Shown in pieces: positions 30,033 through 40,447 of a DNA stretch of 64,000 nucleotides. The DNA comes from Desulfomonilia bacterium (GTDB lineage Bacteria > Desulfobacterota > Desulfomonilia > UBA1062). The DNA lies in assembly GCA_963664325.2 (NCBI GenBank), contig CAXXDQ010000004.1, positions 640,001 to 704,000 on the forward strand, given 5' to 3'. How positions within the stretch are numbered: the stretch's first letter is position 1; the number at the start of each line of letters is the position of its first letter. Below the pieces are notes generated by a model that was not told the origin of the DNA, made no database searches, and saw only the letters and a program-made list of their open reading frames with translations. Position numbers and translations under genes: made by a program.

Positions 30033-31165
30033 TGGACACCTCCCTGGCGAGTACGGGTGACAATCGCATGCACGATATCCTCGGAGAGCTTGAGATCCTT
30101 GTAAGCTTCCTGGATGCCCGTGATCGGCGTAGCGCCATTCACGACGACATCATAGAGGTGCTTCCATTCGCCGTGGTATCCGCTTTCATACTTGTTGCTA
30201 TAGATTTCCTCGAGAGTCATGCCGTCCTGCTCCGTGGTCACCTTAAGCTGTGCGGGCATGTTGCCGCCGAAGGAACTTGGATACTTGACCTCCAGGTGCA
30301 TATCATCGCGCCGGAGCTTGAAATGCTGGTCGAGCATCTTAATGGCCTGTACTTCGATCTGCATGTTGACTCGTCCCAGGCCGTAGTCCAGGATCACATC
30401 GATCCCGATCGAGGTCTCAGCCGTGGCAGGATCGGTCGGTATGCCCATGATCTTTGAACTGGCGTATAGGATTTTAAGCGGGTCGCCCAGGAATCGTCGC
30501 ATCACCGGGATATCGTGACTCGCCAAGCCTAGCATAATTATCTGCGCCAGGATATCCATCACTTCTATGTCGGTGCCTTCGCGCTGGGCGGTGGTTATGG
30601 CGTAATCGAATAAGCCGATCATGCCACTGGCAGAGGATACCCGCTGCGAGGTACGGATGAGCTGCACGCAATCGGCCAAAATCTTTTTATTCTGTCCGAT
30701 GACACAGTGAAATTCACCGTACTTGAAGGAATCGGGCTTGCCCCAGCGTTCCAGGGCCTTGGTCACCATCGGATTGTAGACATGCGGGTAGGCCACAATC
30801 ACGGGGACCCCGTTCGTTTCCGAGGCCTTGACCATCTCGGCCGCCAGCCGGGTGTCGAGGGCCAGGGGCTTCTCCACTAGGACAGCGCGTTTTTTTGCCT
30901 CGCAAGCGGCGATGACATGCTCGTGATGGAGATTGTCCGGTGTGGCCACCAAAACAACATCCACATCCGGCGCTGCAATCAGCTCATCCGCATCGGCCAC
31001 GGCGCGGGCGCCGGTACGCGCGGCCAGTTCCTGCGCCACGTCATCAAAGGCATCGCACATGGCCGTGATGCGGAACTGAGCGGCCAGCGAGTTAAGTGCA
31101 TGAAGATGGATGGCTTGAATCGCCATGCCGCAGCCGAGAATGCCGACGCGCAGGGGCCCGCTCAT
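30029..31165 (-). CDS. Gfo/Idh/MocA oxidoreductase
   Basis: GILGCG, VEKPLA; ATGA overlap with the downstream gene. Confidence 0.9.
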   Translation of the reverse strand: MSGPLRVGILGCGMAIQAIHLHALNSLAAQFRITAMCDAFDDVAQELAARTGARAVADADELIAAPDVDVVLVATPDNLHHEHVIAACEAKKRAVLVEKPLALDTRLAAEMVKASETNGVPVIVAYPHVYNPMVTKALERWGKPDSFKYGEFHCVIGQNKKILADCVQLIRTSQRVSSASGMIGLFDYAITTAQREGTDIEVMDILAQIIMLGLASHDIPVMRRFLGDPLKILYASSKIMGIPTDPATAETSIGIDVILDYGLGRVNMQIEVQAIKMLDQHFKLRRDDMHLEVKYPSSFGGNMPAQLKVTTEQDGMTLEEIYSNKYESGYHGEWKHLYDVVVNGATPITGIQEAYKDLKLSEDIVHAIVTRTRQGGVQ

Positions 31166-31675
31166 TGTTCGCCTCCCCTGGTTGTCTTACGAATACGGGC
31201 TTGCTGAATACTCATCCACTAACCTCCTTTGTTGGCTTTCTAAGGGGATGTCCTTGGCCATGAACAGGACCTTGGATTCACGGCCGGCATGGTAGTACTT
31301 GCGGCGCTGGATTCTGGCCCTGCCCATTCCCATTCCTCCGAATACATTTCCGCTATATAATACCACCTGCGCAATTGGTAAATAAATGATAAATTGGCAG
31401 CTTCAACTGGAGTTTACAACAGGAACATGCCAATCTGATAAATAATTATGGACCATGATAGGATAATTGAGATTGTTTTTTTGCTCTTGAAATTCAATAA
31501 TGCCATTAGAGTGTCCCCGATCCCTAAGCAGGAATATTAAACGATATAAAGAGATTGGCAGTACGAAAAAGAGGTGGGTATGCAAATAACAAGACTTGAC
31601 CCCAAGATGCTTATGCCGTGCCCTTTATTATGTCATTAAGAAAAATATCAATAGAATCTGTTGATGGGGGAGTTT

Positions 31676-33139
31676 ATGGCGAACCGAGATATAAACGGTA
31701 AACTGAAGCTCGGCACCAAGATCGGCTATGGCATGGGTGACATATTCGGCGGCGGGTCTATTACCGTCGTAACCATGTACTACATGATATTCCTGACCGA
31801 TGTGGCCGGAATAAGCCCGTACCTGATCGCAATAATCTTCCCCGTGAACAAGATATGGAGCGCCATAGCCGACCCTCTCATAGGCATCATATCCGACCGT
31901 ACGCGCACTGGCATGGGCAGGCGCAGGCCGTTCTTCCTGGCCGGCATATTCATGATAATCCTGTCTTTCTTCATCATGTGGTTCCCTGTCAGGACTGAAA
32001 ATGAAACGCTCAAGTTCTTCTACTTCCTGTTCACGTTCCTGGTATATTCGACGACCTTTTCCCTGGTCTGGGTGCCCTACACGGCGCTTGCCAGCGAGAT
32101 GACCGAGGACTACGACGAGCGCACCAAGCTTGCCACATACCGCATGGTGTTCTCGTGCCTTTCAAGCATAGTCTGTGCAACTCTTCCCATGGTCATCGTC
32201 AAGCAGTTCGGGGACATCAGGACCGGCTACATGGTCATGTCTATCGTGTTCGCCCTGTTCTTCGCGCTGCCGTATATCATGGTTATTAAGACCACTTTCG
32301 AAAGGGAGGATTTCCATAAGGCTGTATCTCATGTAAATTTCAGCGCATTCATCAGAGAAAACTTTTTTGCGCCTTTTTCGCTCAAGCCGTTCAGGCTGGT
32401 TGCGCTTATGTACCTGACTGCGTTTGTTGCAACTGATATCATTATGGTGCTTCTTGCCTATTTTATGACTTACTATATGAGGAACAAGAAACTCATGGAA
32501 CTGCTGACTGCTGTAGTATTTGGACTGACGCCGTTCATCATTCCCCTCGTTGAAATACTGGCGCTCAAGATAGGGAAACGAGGAACCTTCATTGCTGCTT
32601 CCTGTTTATGGATTTTGTCTTTCCTTTACACTTTTACCGTACATCCCGGCTCATCAACGCCTATGGTCATTATCTTCGGTCTCATGTTCAGTTTTGCCAC
32701 AGCCGGCATACATGTGATGGTTTTCGCCATATTCCCGGATATACCGGATGTCGACGAACTGATATCCGGCCAGAGGAGGGAGGGTGTGTTCTCCGGTCTG
32801 TTCTCTTTCCTTAGAAAGGTCGGGTCAGGAATCGCATTGTCAATCGTCCCATTATGCATAGGGCTTGCAGGTTACGTCAAACCTGTACAGACCATTGTTA
32901 ACGGCCAGATGAAACTCATTGAGCAGGCTCAGACAGGTACAGTCATTACAACAATAAGGCTGCTTTTCGGACTGCTGCCGATTGCCCTTGCTTGCATTGC
33001 TCTCTTAATCTGCATTATGTATCCGGTTACAAGAGAGGCGCATGCAAGGCTTAGAACTTATCTTGACAAAAGGCGGGCCGGTGAGACCGGGCCCGAAATG
33101 GATGCCGAGGCCAAGTGGCTGAAGGCCAAGCTGCTCTAG
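31676..33139 (+). CDS. GPH family symporter (UidB/MelB-like), copy 2
   Basis: Near-identical protein to 27406; first gene of the GH2-uxaC operon. Confidence 0.92.
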   Translation: MANRDINGKLKLGTKIGYGMGDIFGGGSITVVTMYYMIFLTDVAGISPYLIAIIFPVNKIWSAIADPLIGIISDRTRTGMGRRRPFFLAGIFMIILSFFIMWFPVRTENETLKFFYFLFTFLVYSTTFSLVWVPYTALASEMTEDYDERTKLATYRMVFSCLSSIVCATLPMVIVKQFGDIRTGYMVMSIVFALFFALPYIMVIKTTFEREDFHKAVSHVNFSAFIRENFFAPFSLKPFRLVALMYLTAFVATDIIMVLLAYFMTYYMRNKKLMELLTAVVFGLTPFIIPLVEILALKIGKRGTFIAASCLWILSFLYTFTVHPGSSTPMVIIFGLMFSFATAGIHVMVFAIFPDIPDVDELISGQRREGVFSGLFSFLRKVGSGIALSIVPLCIGLAGYVKPVQTIVNGQMKLIEQAQTGTVITTIRLLFGLLPIALACIALLICIMYPVTREAHARLRTYLDKRRAGETGPEMDAEAKWLKAKLL

Positions 33140-33157
33140 ACTGAAGGTGCCAAACAC

Positions 33158-35194
33158 ATGAAGCGGCTGTTTTTATTTGTTGCAGGATTGATTGCGGCGG
33201 TACTTGCCGGTGGATTTTATTTCCTTTTCAGGGTCTTTCCGAGATTCGATACGAAGGCATTCCCCACTGGCGCAGACGCACACGGAGAAGGTTGGAAGAT
33301 TGACTCATGCGGGGACATCCCTTTTCTTATCAGGAACGGCATACCTTTCCCTTCCGGATTCGACGCGTCGAACAGGCCAGTACAAATGCTTAACGGGCCC
33401 TGGCGTATGAGGCTCGACCCGGATGATGCAGGGAAGGGTCTGCACTGGGAAAGGCTTAAAAAAGCAGGAAAGGGATGGAAGCAAATCGACATCCCCTCGA
33501 CATTCAACGCGGCCCTGAGTGAAGACCCGAATTATCAGGGCCCTGCGTGGTTCTTTCTCAAGTTCATTCCTGATCTGAAATGCGACGAAAGCCGCTGGCT
33601 CAGGCTATGCCTGGAAGGCGTGCTGATAAGGAGCAGGGTCTGGCTGAACGGAGAACTGATTTCAGAACATGAAGGAGGATGGACTCCTCAGTATGCGGAT
33701 ATCTCTGACGTAATCAGACCCGGTGTTGATAATATATTGATCATAAGGGCCGACAACAGGCTTACCGGCGTGTCGCTGCCGCCTAAACTGCTTAATCACC
33801 ATATGCCGGGCTGGCATCCGTATGGAGGTGTGTACAGAGATGTGTACATAGAGAAGCTTCCCAAAGACTACATCTTCAAGGCGGACTATTCATGCCGCCT
33901 CGGTCAGGACCGGGTCCTGCTGAAGATTAGTGTGCTTGCTTCAAGGTCCGGGAAAACCGGCGGCGCGAAGTATTCAAGAGAAAAAGGCCTTAGCTGCACA
34001 ATATCCGGCAACAATGGGAAAATCAAGGTCAAGACTTCGCCCGGGGTCTCGGACAGAGGCATTGTCAAATATTCCTTCGATATCGATATCGAAAACCCCA
34101 GGCTCTATTCTCCCGCATCGCCCGAGCTTTATGAAGTGAGCCTCGCTTACGGCAGGGACAGGGTCTCATTCATGGCTGGCCTGAGAACGATAGAGATAAA
34201 GGGCGGAGAGATACTGCTGAACGGGGATAAGATATTCTTAAAGGGCATAAGCAAGCATGAAGACCACCCGTTGCTCGGCGCGAGCCAGACGCCGGAGCTT
34301 ATCGAAGACGACCTTGAGCTGATAAAAAATATGGGTGCAAATTATGTGAGGCTCGCGCACTATCCCCATCACAGGGGAGAACTCGGGAAGGCGCGTGACA
34401 TGGGGCTAATGCTGGCCGAAGAGATACCCCTTTATCAGGCGGGTATCGGCTTTGCCGCATGGTACGGGGAAAAGAGGCCGCTTCTGGAATTTCCATGGCA
34501 GACGTTCGGCAACAGGCAGCTTCAGAGCAGAGACCTCTTATTGAACGCTCAGCGCCAGCTTGTTGAGATGATCGAGCGTGACCGTCTAAACCCTGCAATA
34601 ATCATATGGGGTGTGGCGAACGAGACCTACACGCTCGATGAGGCATCGGGCGGAGTTCACGGCTGGCTGGCCGACACCGCAAGGGCGCTCGACAGTTCGC
34701 GCCTTGTCACGATGGCGGAACTTACCTATGATATGCCGGTTTTCGACAACCGCCGGGAGGCGGGCAAATACATGGACGTCGTTTCAGTCAACATCTATTC
34801 CGGCTGGTATTATGGAAAGACTGAAGATGTAAAACGCCATATGGAAAAGTTACATGAGCGCTTTCCGGGCATGCCCGTAATCATTTCCGAATGCGGGGCC
34901 GAGGCGGCTCCGGGCCGCAGCGACAGCGACGGTATATGGATTGCGGAAAGAGTGCCGCCCGGCAAGACATATTCGGAAGAATATCAGGAAAGACAGCTTG
35001 AACACTATGTGCGATACGCCTTGAAGACGCCTTTCATTGCAGGCATATCTCCGTGGGTGTTTGCAGATTTTTTCTGCCCCGAGTTTCCGGGCAATCCCGT
35101 GCCTTACTACAACACGAAGGGTATTGTCTCGAAAGACCGCATACCCAAAAAGGGATACCGGATGTTAAAGAGGTTGTATCGTGAAGGTGTTTGA
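33158..35194 (+). CDS. GH2 beta-glucuronidase-like hydrolase with N-terminal membrane anchor
   Basis: KGISKHED, RLAHYP, WGVANE, ISECG and the glucuronidase NxKG motif (NTKG); hydrophobic N-terminus. Confidence 0.88.
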   Translation: MKRLFLFVAGLIAAVLAGGFYFLFRVFPRFDTKAFPTGADAHGEGWKIDSCGDIPFLIRNGIPFPSGFDASNRPVQMLNGPWRMRLDPDDAGKGLHWERLKKAGKGWKQIDIPSTFNAALSEDPNYQGPAWFFLKFIPDLKCDESRWLRLCLEGVLIRSRVWLNGELISEHEGGWTPQYADISDVIRPGVDNILIIRADNRLTGVSLPPKLLNHHMPGWHPYGGVYRDVYIEKLPKDYIFKADYSCRLGQDRVLLKISVLASRSGKTGGAKYSREKGLSCTISGNNGKIKVKTSPGVSDRGIVKYSFDIDIENPRLYSPASPELYEVSLAYGRDRVSFMAGLRTIEIKGGEILLNGDKIFLKGISKHEDHPLLGASQTPELIEDDLELIKNMGANYVRLAHYPHHRGELGKARDMGLMLAEEIPLYQAGIGFAAWYGEKRPLLEFPWQTFGNRQLQSRDLLLNAQRQLVEMIERDRLNPAIIIWGVANETYTLDEASGGVHGWLADTARALDSSRLVTMAELTYDMPVFDNRREAGKYMDVVSVNIYSGWYYGKTEDVKRHMEKLHERFPGMPVIISECGAEAAPGRSDSDGIWIAERVPPGKTYSEEYQERQLEHYVRYALKTPFIAGISPWVFADFFCPEFPGNPVPYYNTKGIVSKDRIPKKGYRMLKRLYREGV

Positions 35195-36182
35195 TTTTAC
35201 CCGTTTTGAAAAGGATTTTTATCCCGAATGGGAATCGAGGTTCAGGATTGGAGGCGGTGCAGGCGATTTCAGCTACGCTCCTGCCGGCAGGCCCTGCCTC
35301 TACGGTACGGCAGACATAATTTTATGCCGGGCCGTAATGAACCGGCTTGAACTTGCGGAAAATCTGAAGGACGAATGGGCAGCTACGATCAACTCATTCC
35401 AGGATTCACACACGACCTGGTACAGAAAAGTCTATACACTAAACCATTTCAGGGAGCATACGACCGCCTATGCCGTTGCGGCCCTTCACCTGATTGGCAG
35501 GAAACCGGCCCATGAATTCCTCTGGAGAAACAGGCTTTTATCGTCGAAGGATGAAATGGAGCGCTGGTACGGTAAAATCCCCTGGTCTGTAATCTGGCCT
35601 GCATCACACATCGTTTCAGGACTCCCTGCGATCATGGCCATGCTCGGCAACGGTTCGGATGAATTCTATGCATGGTATTTTGACAGACTCGACAGGGATG
35701 CCGATCCTCTGACCGGCTTCTGGAAAAAAGGGCTCATTCACAGGCTGGGTATAATCAAAAGGAGCACCAAGCACGAGTTGGGCGGGGCCTTTCATATGTA
35801 TTTTGTCTATGAGTACATGGCCAGGAAATGGCTGTATCCGGAAAGGGTCATTGACGAAACGCTCAGGCTTCAGCATGCGAACGGACTCTGGGACAAGGAT
35901 GTAACCTACTGCATAGACCTGGACGGAGTTTATTCGCTGCTCCGCTCCTGCAGAAATGCCGGCGGCTACAGGGCGAAGGATGTCAGACAGGCCTGCATGC
36001 GCTATCTTGAAGCAGCAGAGCGGATATTGAATGACCGGCAATTTTTCTTTTCTCGCTACACGAATACGCATCTCCTGCCGGGTGCGCTGGGCGCGGTCGC
36101 CGAGTGCCAGAAGTTTTATCCCGAACTTGTGAAGACAGAGCGCCCCTGGGTTCAGACGCTTGACAAGGCATGCTTTATTTGA
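35181..36182 (+). CDS. Hypothetical protein (helical, Trp/His-rich) in the uronide operon
   Basis: 333-aa ORF overlapping the GH2 stop and directly upstream of uxaC. Confidence 0.75.
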   Translation: MKVFDFTRFEKDFYPEWESRFRIGGGAGDFSYAPAGRPCLYGTADIILCRAVMNRLELAENLKDEWAATINSFQDSHTTWYRKVYTLNHFREHTTAYAVAALHLIGRKPAHEFLWRNRLLSSKDEMERWYGKIPWSVIWPASHIVSGLPAIMAMLGNGSDEFYAWYFDRLDRDADPLTGFWKKGLIHRLGIIKRSTKHELGGAFHMYFVYEYMARKWLYPERVIDETLRLQHANGLWDKDVTYCIDLDGVYSLLRSCRNAGGYRAKDVRQACMRYLEAAERILNDRQFFFSRYTNTHLLPGALGAVAECQKFYPELVKTERPWVQTLDKACFI

Positions 36183-36200
36183 AGGAAGAAAGGATTTGGC

Positions 36201-37607
36201 ATGAAAAAATTCATTCATGAAAATTTTCTGCTTGAAACACAAGAGGCGTCCATCCTTTATCACGAATACGCAAGAGACATGCCGATCATTGACTTCCATA
36301 ACCATCTGCCGCCTGATGAGATTGCCGGGGATGCCCGGTTTGAAAATATTACAAAGGTCTGGCTCGGAGGCGATCATTACAAGTGGAGGGCGATGCGCAC
36401 CCTGGGGATTGACGAGAGATTCATTACAGGCGGAGCCACCGATTGGGAGAAATTTGCATGGTGGGCCGAGGCCGTCCCCTATTGTCTGAGAAATCCTCTT
36501 TATCACTGGACGCACCTGGAGCTTGCCCGGTATTTCGGCATCGATGATAAACTTATGGGTCCCGATACCGCTAGAGAGATTTATAATCATTGCAACGAGA
36601 TGCTGGAAACCGAGGAGTTCAGCACGATAAGGCTGCTCAAGCGCATGAGGGTCGAAGCGCTCTGCACAACGGACGATCCGGTTGATCCGCTTAAACACCA
36701 TATTGCATATAAGAAGGTTGACTCAGCCCCTGCGCTGTTCCCTGCATGGCGGCCTGACAGGGCGATGAAGATAGAAGATTCCGAGACGTTTAATGCATGG
36801 GTGAACCTGCTTGAAAATGCATCAGGCATGAACATTTCAAACTTCAACGATTTTATCGATGCCCTTGAAAAGAGGCAGGCCTTCTTTCATGAGCACGGGT
36901 GCAGGCTCGCGGATCACGGGATAGAGACCTTTTACCCGTCAGAGGCACGCGAAGGAGAAATAAACAGGATCTTCAACGACGTTAGAAGCGGCATACAGGC
37001 AAGCCCTGAAGAAACGGCCAAGTTCAAAGGTTATATGCTTTACCGCCTTAGCCTTATGAACCATGCCAAGGGCTGGGTCCAGCAGTATCATTTCGGGGTG
37101 CTCAGGAACAACAGCTCCCGCATGTTCAAAAAACTCGGGCCGGATACGGGCTATGACTGCATGGGAGATTCCAATCACGCACAAAATCTTGTTGCCCTGC
37201 TTGACAGGCTCGATTCCGAAGAGAGCCTCGCCAGGACCGTCCTTTATCCGGTAAACCCTCCGGACAACGGCATTGCGGCAACGATAATGGGAAGCTTCCA
37301 GGAAGGCCCGGCCAAAGGCAAGCTCCAGCTGGGCAGCGGGTGGTGGTTTCTCGACCAGAAGAACGGGATGGAAGAGCAGATGGATACGCTCTCGCTTATG
37401 GGCCTGCTGTCCACTTTTATCGGCATGACCACTGATTCGCGCAGCTTCCTTTCTTTTCCTCGCCATGAATATTTCCGCCGCGTCCTCTGCAACCTTTTCG
37501 GCAACGACATGGCCAAAGGCCTTTTACCGGCCGACTTCAATCTTGCCGGCCGCATCATAAAGGACATTTGCTACAACAACGCCAGAAAATATCTAAGACT
37601 TGAATGA
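36201..37607 (+). CDS. uxaC: Glucuronate (uronate) isomerase
   Basis: PIIDFHNHL, GDHYKWRAMR, NPLYHWTHLEL, GSGWWFLD, TDSRSFLS..RHEYFRR. Confidence 0.97.
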   Translation: MKKFIHENFLLETQEASILYHEYARDMPIIDFHNHLPPDEIAGDARFENITKVWLGGDHYKWRAMRTLGIDERFITGGATDWEKFAWWAEAVPYCLRNPLYHWTHLELARYFGIDDKLMGPDTAREIYNHCNEMLETEEFSTIRLLKRMRVEALCTTDDPVDPLKHHIAYKKVDSAPALFPAWRPDRAMKIEDSETFNAWVNLLENASGMNISNFNDFIDALEKRQAFFHEHGCRLADHGIETFYPSEAREGEINRIFNDVRSGIQASPEETAKFKGYMLYRLSLMNHAKGWVQQYHFGVLRNNSSRMFKKLGPDTGYDCMGDSNHAQNLVALLDRLDSEESLARTVLYPVNPPDNGIAATIMGSFQEGPAKGKLQLGSGWWFLDQKNGMEEQMDTLSLMGLLSTFIGMTTDSRSFLSFPRHEYFRRVLCNLFGNDMAKGLLPADFNLAGRIIKDICYNNARKYLRLE

Positions 37608-37772
37608 CGCATATCAGCCATTGCATGGGACAGGCCCTTTAGCATTCTTATAGGAAGCATATCTCGTGCCATTTCGATCTTTTTTCGGTTAAGGTGTATT
37701 TTTGTATATATATTATTAGCAGATCATGACTTATCTGATTTCGCTCAAGTTATCATCTGTCGCAGTTGTATG
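37462..37772 (+). repeat. Direct repeat C, left copy (uxaC 3' end plus downstream DNA)
   Basis: Matches 46190-46498; 89-bp identical core 37526-37614 = 46254-46342. Confidence 0.92.
37656..37671 (-). promoter_or_regulatory. Possible sigma54 -24/-12 promoter pointing antisense into uxaC
   Basis: TGGCACGAGATATGCT on the minus strand (GG-N10-GC spacing). Confidence 0.4.
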
Positions 37773-38397
37773 AATTATGTATGACGGAATATGGCTTATT
37801 ATAGCTCTTTCACCCGTAATTCGATAAATTCAGGAGATACCTGAAATTTTTCTGGTCGGGAAATGTGGTATCCAAGGAGCAGGTCCTCATTCCTTGTAAA
37901 GCAGAATAGCTTGTGCTATACTTTATCTTCTAGCCCGCAGTGTTTGAGATGGGTGATTTGGGGTGTTAACAATCACTGAGGAGGTAGAATGGGGAGTAAA
38001 TCGGTTTCATTAAGTCTCCTTATGGTTTTAATAAGAATATCAATGTCAACCGCTCTTACGAAGTCATCGAATGACAATGAACAAAAATACGGAATTCCCC
38101 CTGAACCATATCAAAAGAATCTCAAATCAGAACTTGTAGATACACTATACCTTTCAGAAAATATTCTAAAAAGCCCAAGCGAGGTAATGGCTGTTTCATT
38201 TTCCCTTGATCAGCGCTGCGGGATTACCGGCAGCGATGAAGCGCCAGGGCAATGGAATTCAGCCTCCAGGTCACCAGTTAGATCATTTTCAAAGCATCTA
38301 TACGATATGCCGAATGTTATATTTTCTCTGAATGGCGACTATGCTATATCTGTAGATAACAAGGGTTCCAAAATGAGCAAAACAGCGGGCTGAAGAC

Positions 38398-39372
38398 ATG
38401 ATAACAGAATACCCCGACCAATCCTTGCAAGAATTTATCGCGCGGAGATATTCCACCGGAAGCGGCTGGCAGGATCTTCGCCGGCGCCTAGAAGCAATGT
38501 CCGATGAGGAGCTGACTGATCTTTACTATAAACTGCGTGACGCCCGCCAGATATCTCCAGAAGGCAGGTTTTATCCGAACATCCAGATCCTGTGCGCCAC
38601 TCCTTTCGAACGGGAAAAAGACCGCCGGGAACAACGGCGTATTTCTGATGAGTCCGGCAGCCTCTCCGAGGTGGTGAACTGGTATCGTCAGGCCAGGGAG
38701 AAATCCTGCGACTGGTGGCTGGAAAACCATGTCATCGCACGGCATGCCCTCAGCAGCTGCATGAGCTGCGGTGCATGCACCGCACTTTGCCCTGCCGCTG
38801 AATTCTATGAATTCAACCCGCGCACCATAATGTCCGCGGTTCAGGAAAAGGACGAGGCCGAAATTGTGGAGCTCCTCAAATCTGATACGATCTGGTATTG
38901 CCATCAGTGCGGCTCGTGCAAGACGAAGTGTCCCAGACAAAACAGCCCCTTCGGGATGATCTCGTCCCTTAGGCAGCTGAGCCAGCTGAAAGGCTACCAT
39001 ATTCACAGTGTCCGCGGCCGGCAGCAGTATTTTGCCCGCCACTTCTGGGGAGGCAACCTCTGGAACCGTGCGTGCACCCTCTACTTCCGGAACCCAGACC
39101 CGGAAAGCCACAAGGATTTCGGTCCGCGTTTCGCGGCGTATTTTCAGAGAAAGGAAGAATACATGCGCAGGATAGGCGCTCATCCCGACATGGACGGTTA
39201 TTTGTCAGGGCGCAAGGTTCAGCCGGAAACGCTGGAGGAATTGCGTACGTTATGGACTGCCGGCGGGGCACTCTATCTCTGGTCGTGCATTGAGGAAGCG
39301 GCTGAACAGCAGGCAGCTGACATGGGCATGACGATCGATGAATACCTCATGCATGTGATGTCTGAAGGCTGA
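38398..39372 (+). CDS. HdrC-like 2x[4Fe-4S] protein with N-terminal extension
   Basis: CMSCGACTALCP and WYCHQCGSCKTKCPR. Confidence 0.88.
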   Translation: MITEYPDQSLQEFIARRYSTGSGWQDLRRRLEAMSDEELTDLYYKLRDARQISPEGRFYPNIQILCATPFEREKDRREQRRISDESGSLSEVVNWYRQAREKSCDWWLENHVIARHALSSCMSCGACTALCPAAEFYEFNPRTIMSAVQEKDEAEIVELLKSDTIWYCHQCGSCKTKCPRQNSPFGMISSLRQLSQLKGYHIHSVRGRQQYFARHFWGGNLWNRACTLYFRNPDPESHKDFGPRFAAYFQRKEEYMRRIGAHPDMDGYLSGRKVQPETLEELRTLWTAGGALYLWSCIEEAAEQQAADMGMTIDEYLMHVMSEG

Positions 39373-39387
39373 AAAAAGGATACGGGT

Positions 39388-40416
39388 ATGAACCTTTATA
39401 ATCACTTGGGACGTCAATCGGCGTGGCAGCGTTATATAAAGGATATTCCCGATAACAACTACTTCCTGACCTTCAGCTGCATCCTCGGGAGTTTTTATCC
39501 CGCCTCGGAAACCATGGTGCCTAAGATATATGATTTGCTTGGTATAAAATGGACGACACGGCACGAATCCAATTCGGGATGGTCTTGCTGTACCGCCATC
39601 GGTTATCATGGAGACATCATGCCTATCGAATCCACCCTGCTGACAGTCGCAAGATTGTGGTCTATAGCACGAGAAGCGGGCGCAGAGGTCATTACCCCGA
39701 CATGCGTCACATCCTTCGGGACATACTGCGAATGCCAGGAACTCCTGGAACATGAACCCGACCTCAGAAAGAAAATCGCCCGCCTTTTGAAAGAGACCTG
39801 CGGGAGGGAATTCGACATCCCACGACGCCTGGTGCATACGAGCGATATATACTACCATTACCGGAAACGCCTTTTTAAACTCTTCAAATACCGCCTCGTC
39901 GAAGCCGGTACCGGCCGCCCCCTCAGGGTCGTCGATCATGTCGGATGCCACTATTCCAAACTGTTTCCTGAGCGGCATGTGGTCGGGGGCTCCGAATACT
40001 GTGATGTTCTGGCAGGCATGGTCAGGACATGGGGCGGCGAGAATATAGACTATCCCGAGCGGAGGCACTGCTGCGGTATGGGGTTCAGACAATGCATGAT
40101 ACCGCCCAACCGGGGTGCCACACTGGCCAACACCTATAAAAAATTCAAGAGCATGGCGCCGTTCAAGCCGGACCTGATCGTGACCAACTGCCCGGGTTGC
40201 CAGGTTTTCCTGGACAAGGAGCAGTGGGCGATCCAGGAACTTACCGGAGAGAAATACTTCATTCCGGTCGTCACCTACCAGGAACTGGCAGGGCTTCTCT
40301 TGGGGTGGGATCCGTATGAAGTAGTGGGGATCGATTTTCACACCGTGCCGGTCGAACCTCTCCTGGAAAAACTCGACATTCCCTATGATCCATTGAAGTC
40401 CTGGCAGACGGAGTGA
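39388..40416 (+). CDS. HdrB-like CCG-domain protein
   Basis: SCCTAIGYH, HVGCHY, HCCGMG, NCPGC. Confidence 0.9.
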   Translation: MNLYNHLGRQSAWQRYIKDIPDNNYFLTFSCILGSFYPASETMVPKIYDLLGIKWTTRHESNSGWSCCTAIGYHGDIMPIESTLLTVARLWSIAREAGAEVITPTCVTSFGTYCECQELLEHEPDLRKKIARLLKETCGREFDIPRRLVHTSDIYYHYRKRLFKLFKYRLVEAGTGRPLRVVDHVGCHYSKLFPERHVVGGSEYCDVLAGMVRTWGGENIDYPERRHCCGMGFRQCMIPPNRGATLANTYKKFKSMAPFKPDLIVTNCPGCQVFLDKEQWAIQELTGEKYFIPVVTYQELAGLLLGWDPYEVVGIDFHTVPVEPLLEKLDIPYDPLKSWQTE

Positions 40417-40447
40417 TAGACGGAACATTTGATGGAAGGTAAAATAT

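Noticed and set aside
35616-36701. 361-aa minus-strand ORF
   Set aside because: Antisense shadow of uxaC and its upstream gene; no recognisable domain.
37989-38393. 134-aa ORF with GAGGAGG RBS at the island start
   Set aside because: Ser-rich, AT-rich and without motifs; probably a decayed remnant running through the hdr promoter region, so not listed as a CDS.
39370-39388. HdrC-like stop TGA is in frame with the HdrB-like ATG, suggesting a possible Sec read-through fusion
   Set aside because: The TGA is not at a Cys-motif position, no convincing SECIS hairpin follows, and hdrB has its own AAGGA RBS.
39250-40428. 392-aa minus-strand ORF
   Set aside because: Antisense to the HdrB-like gene; explained by codon bias.
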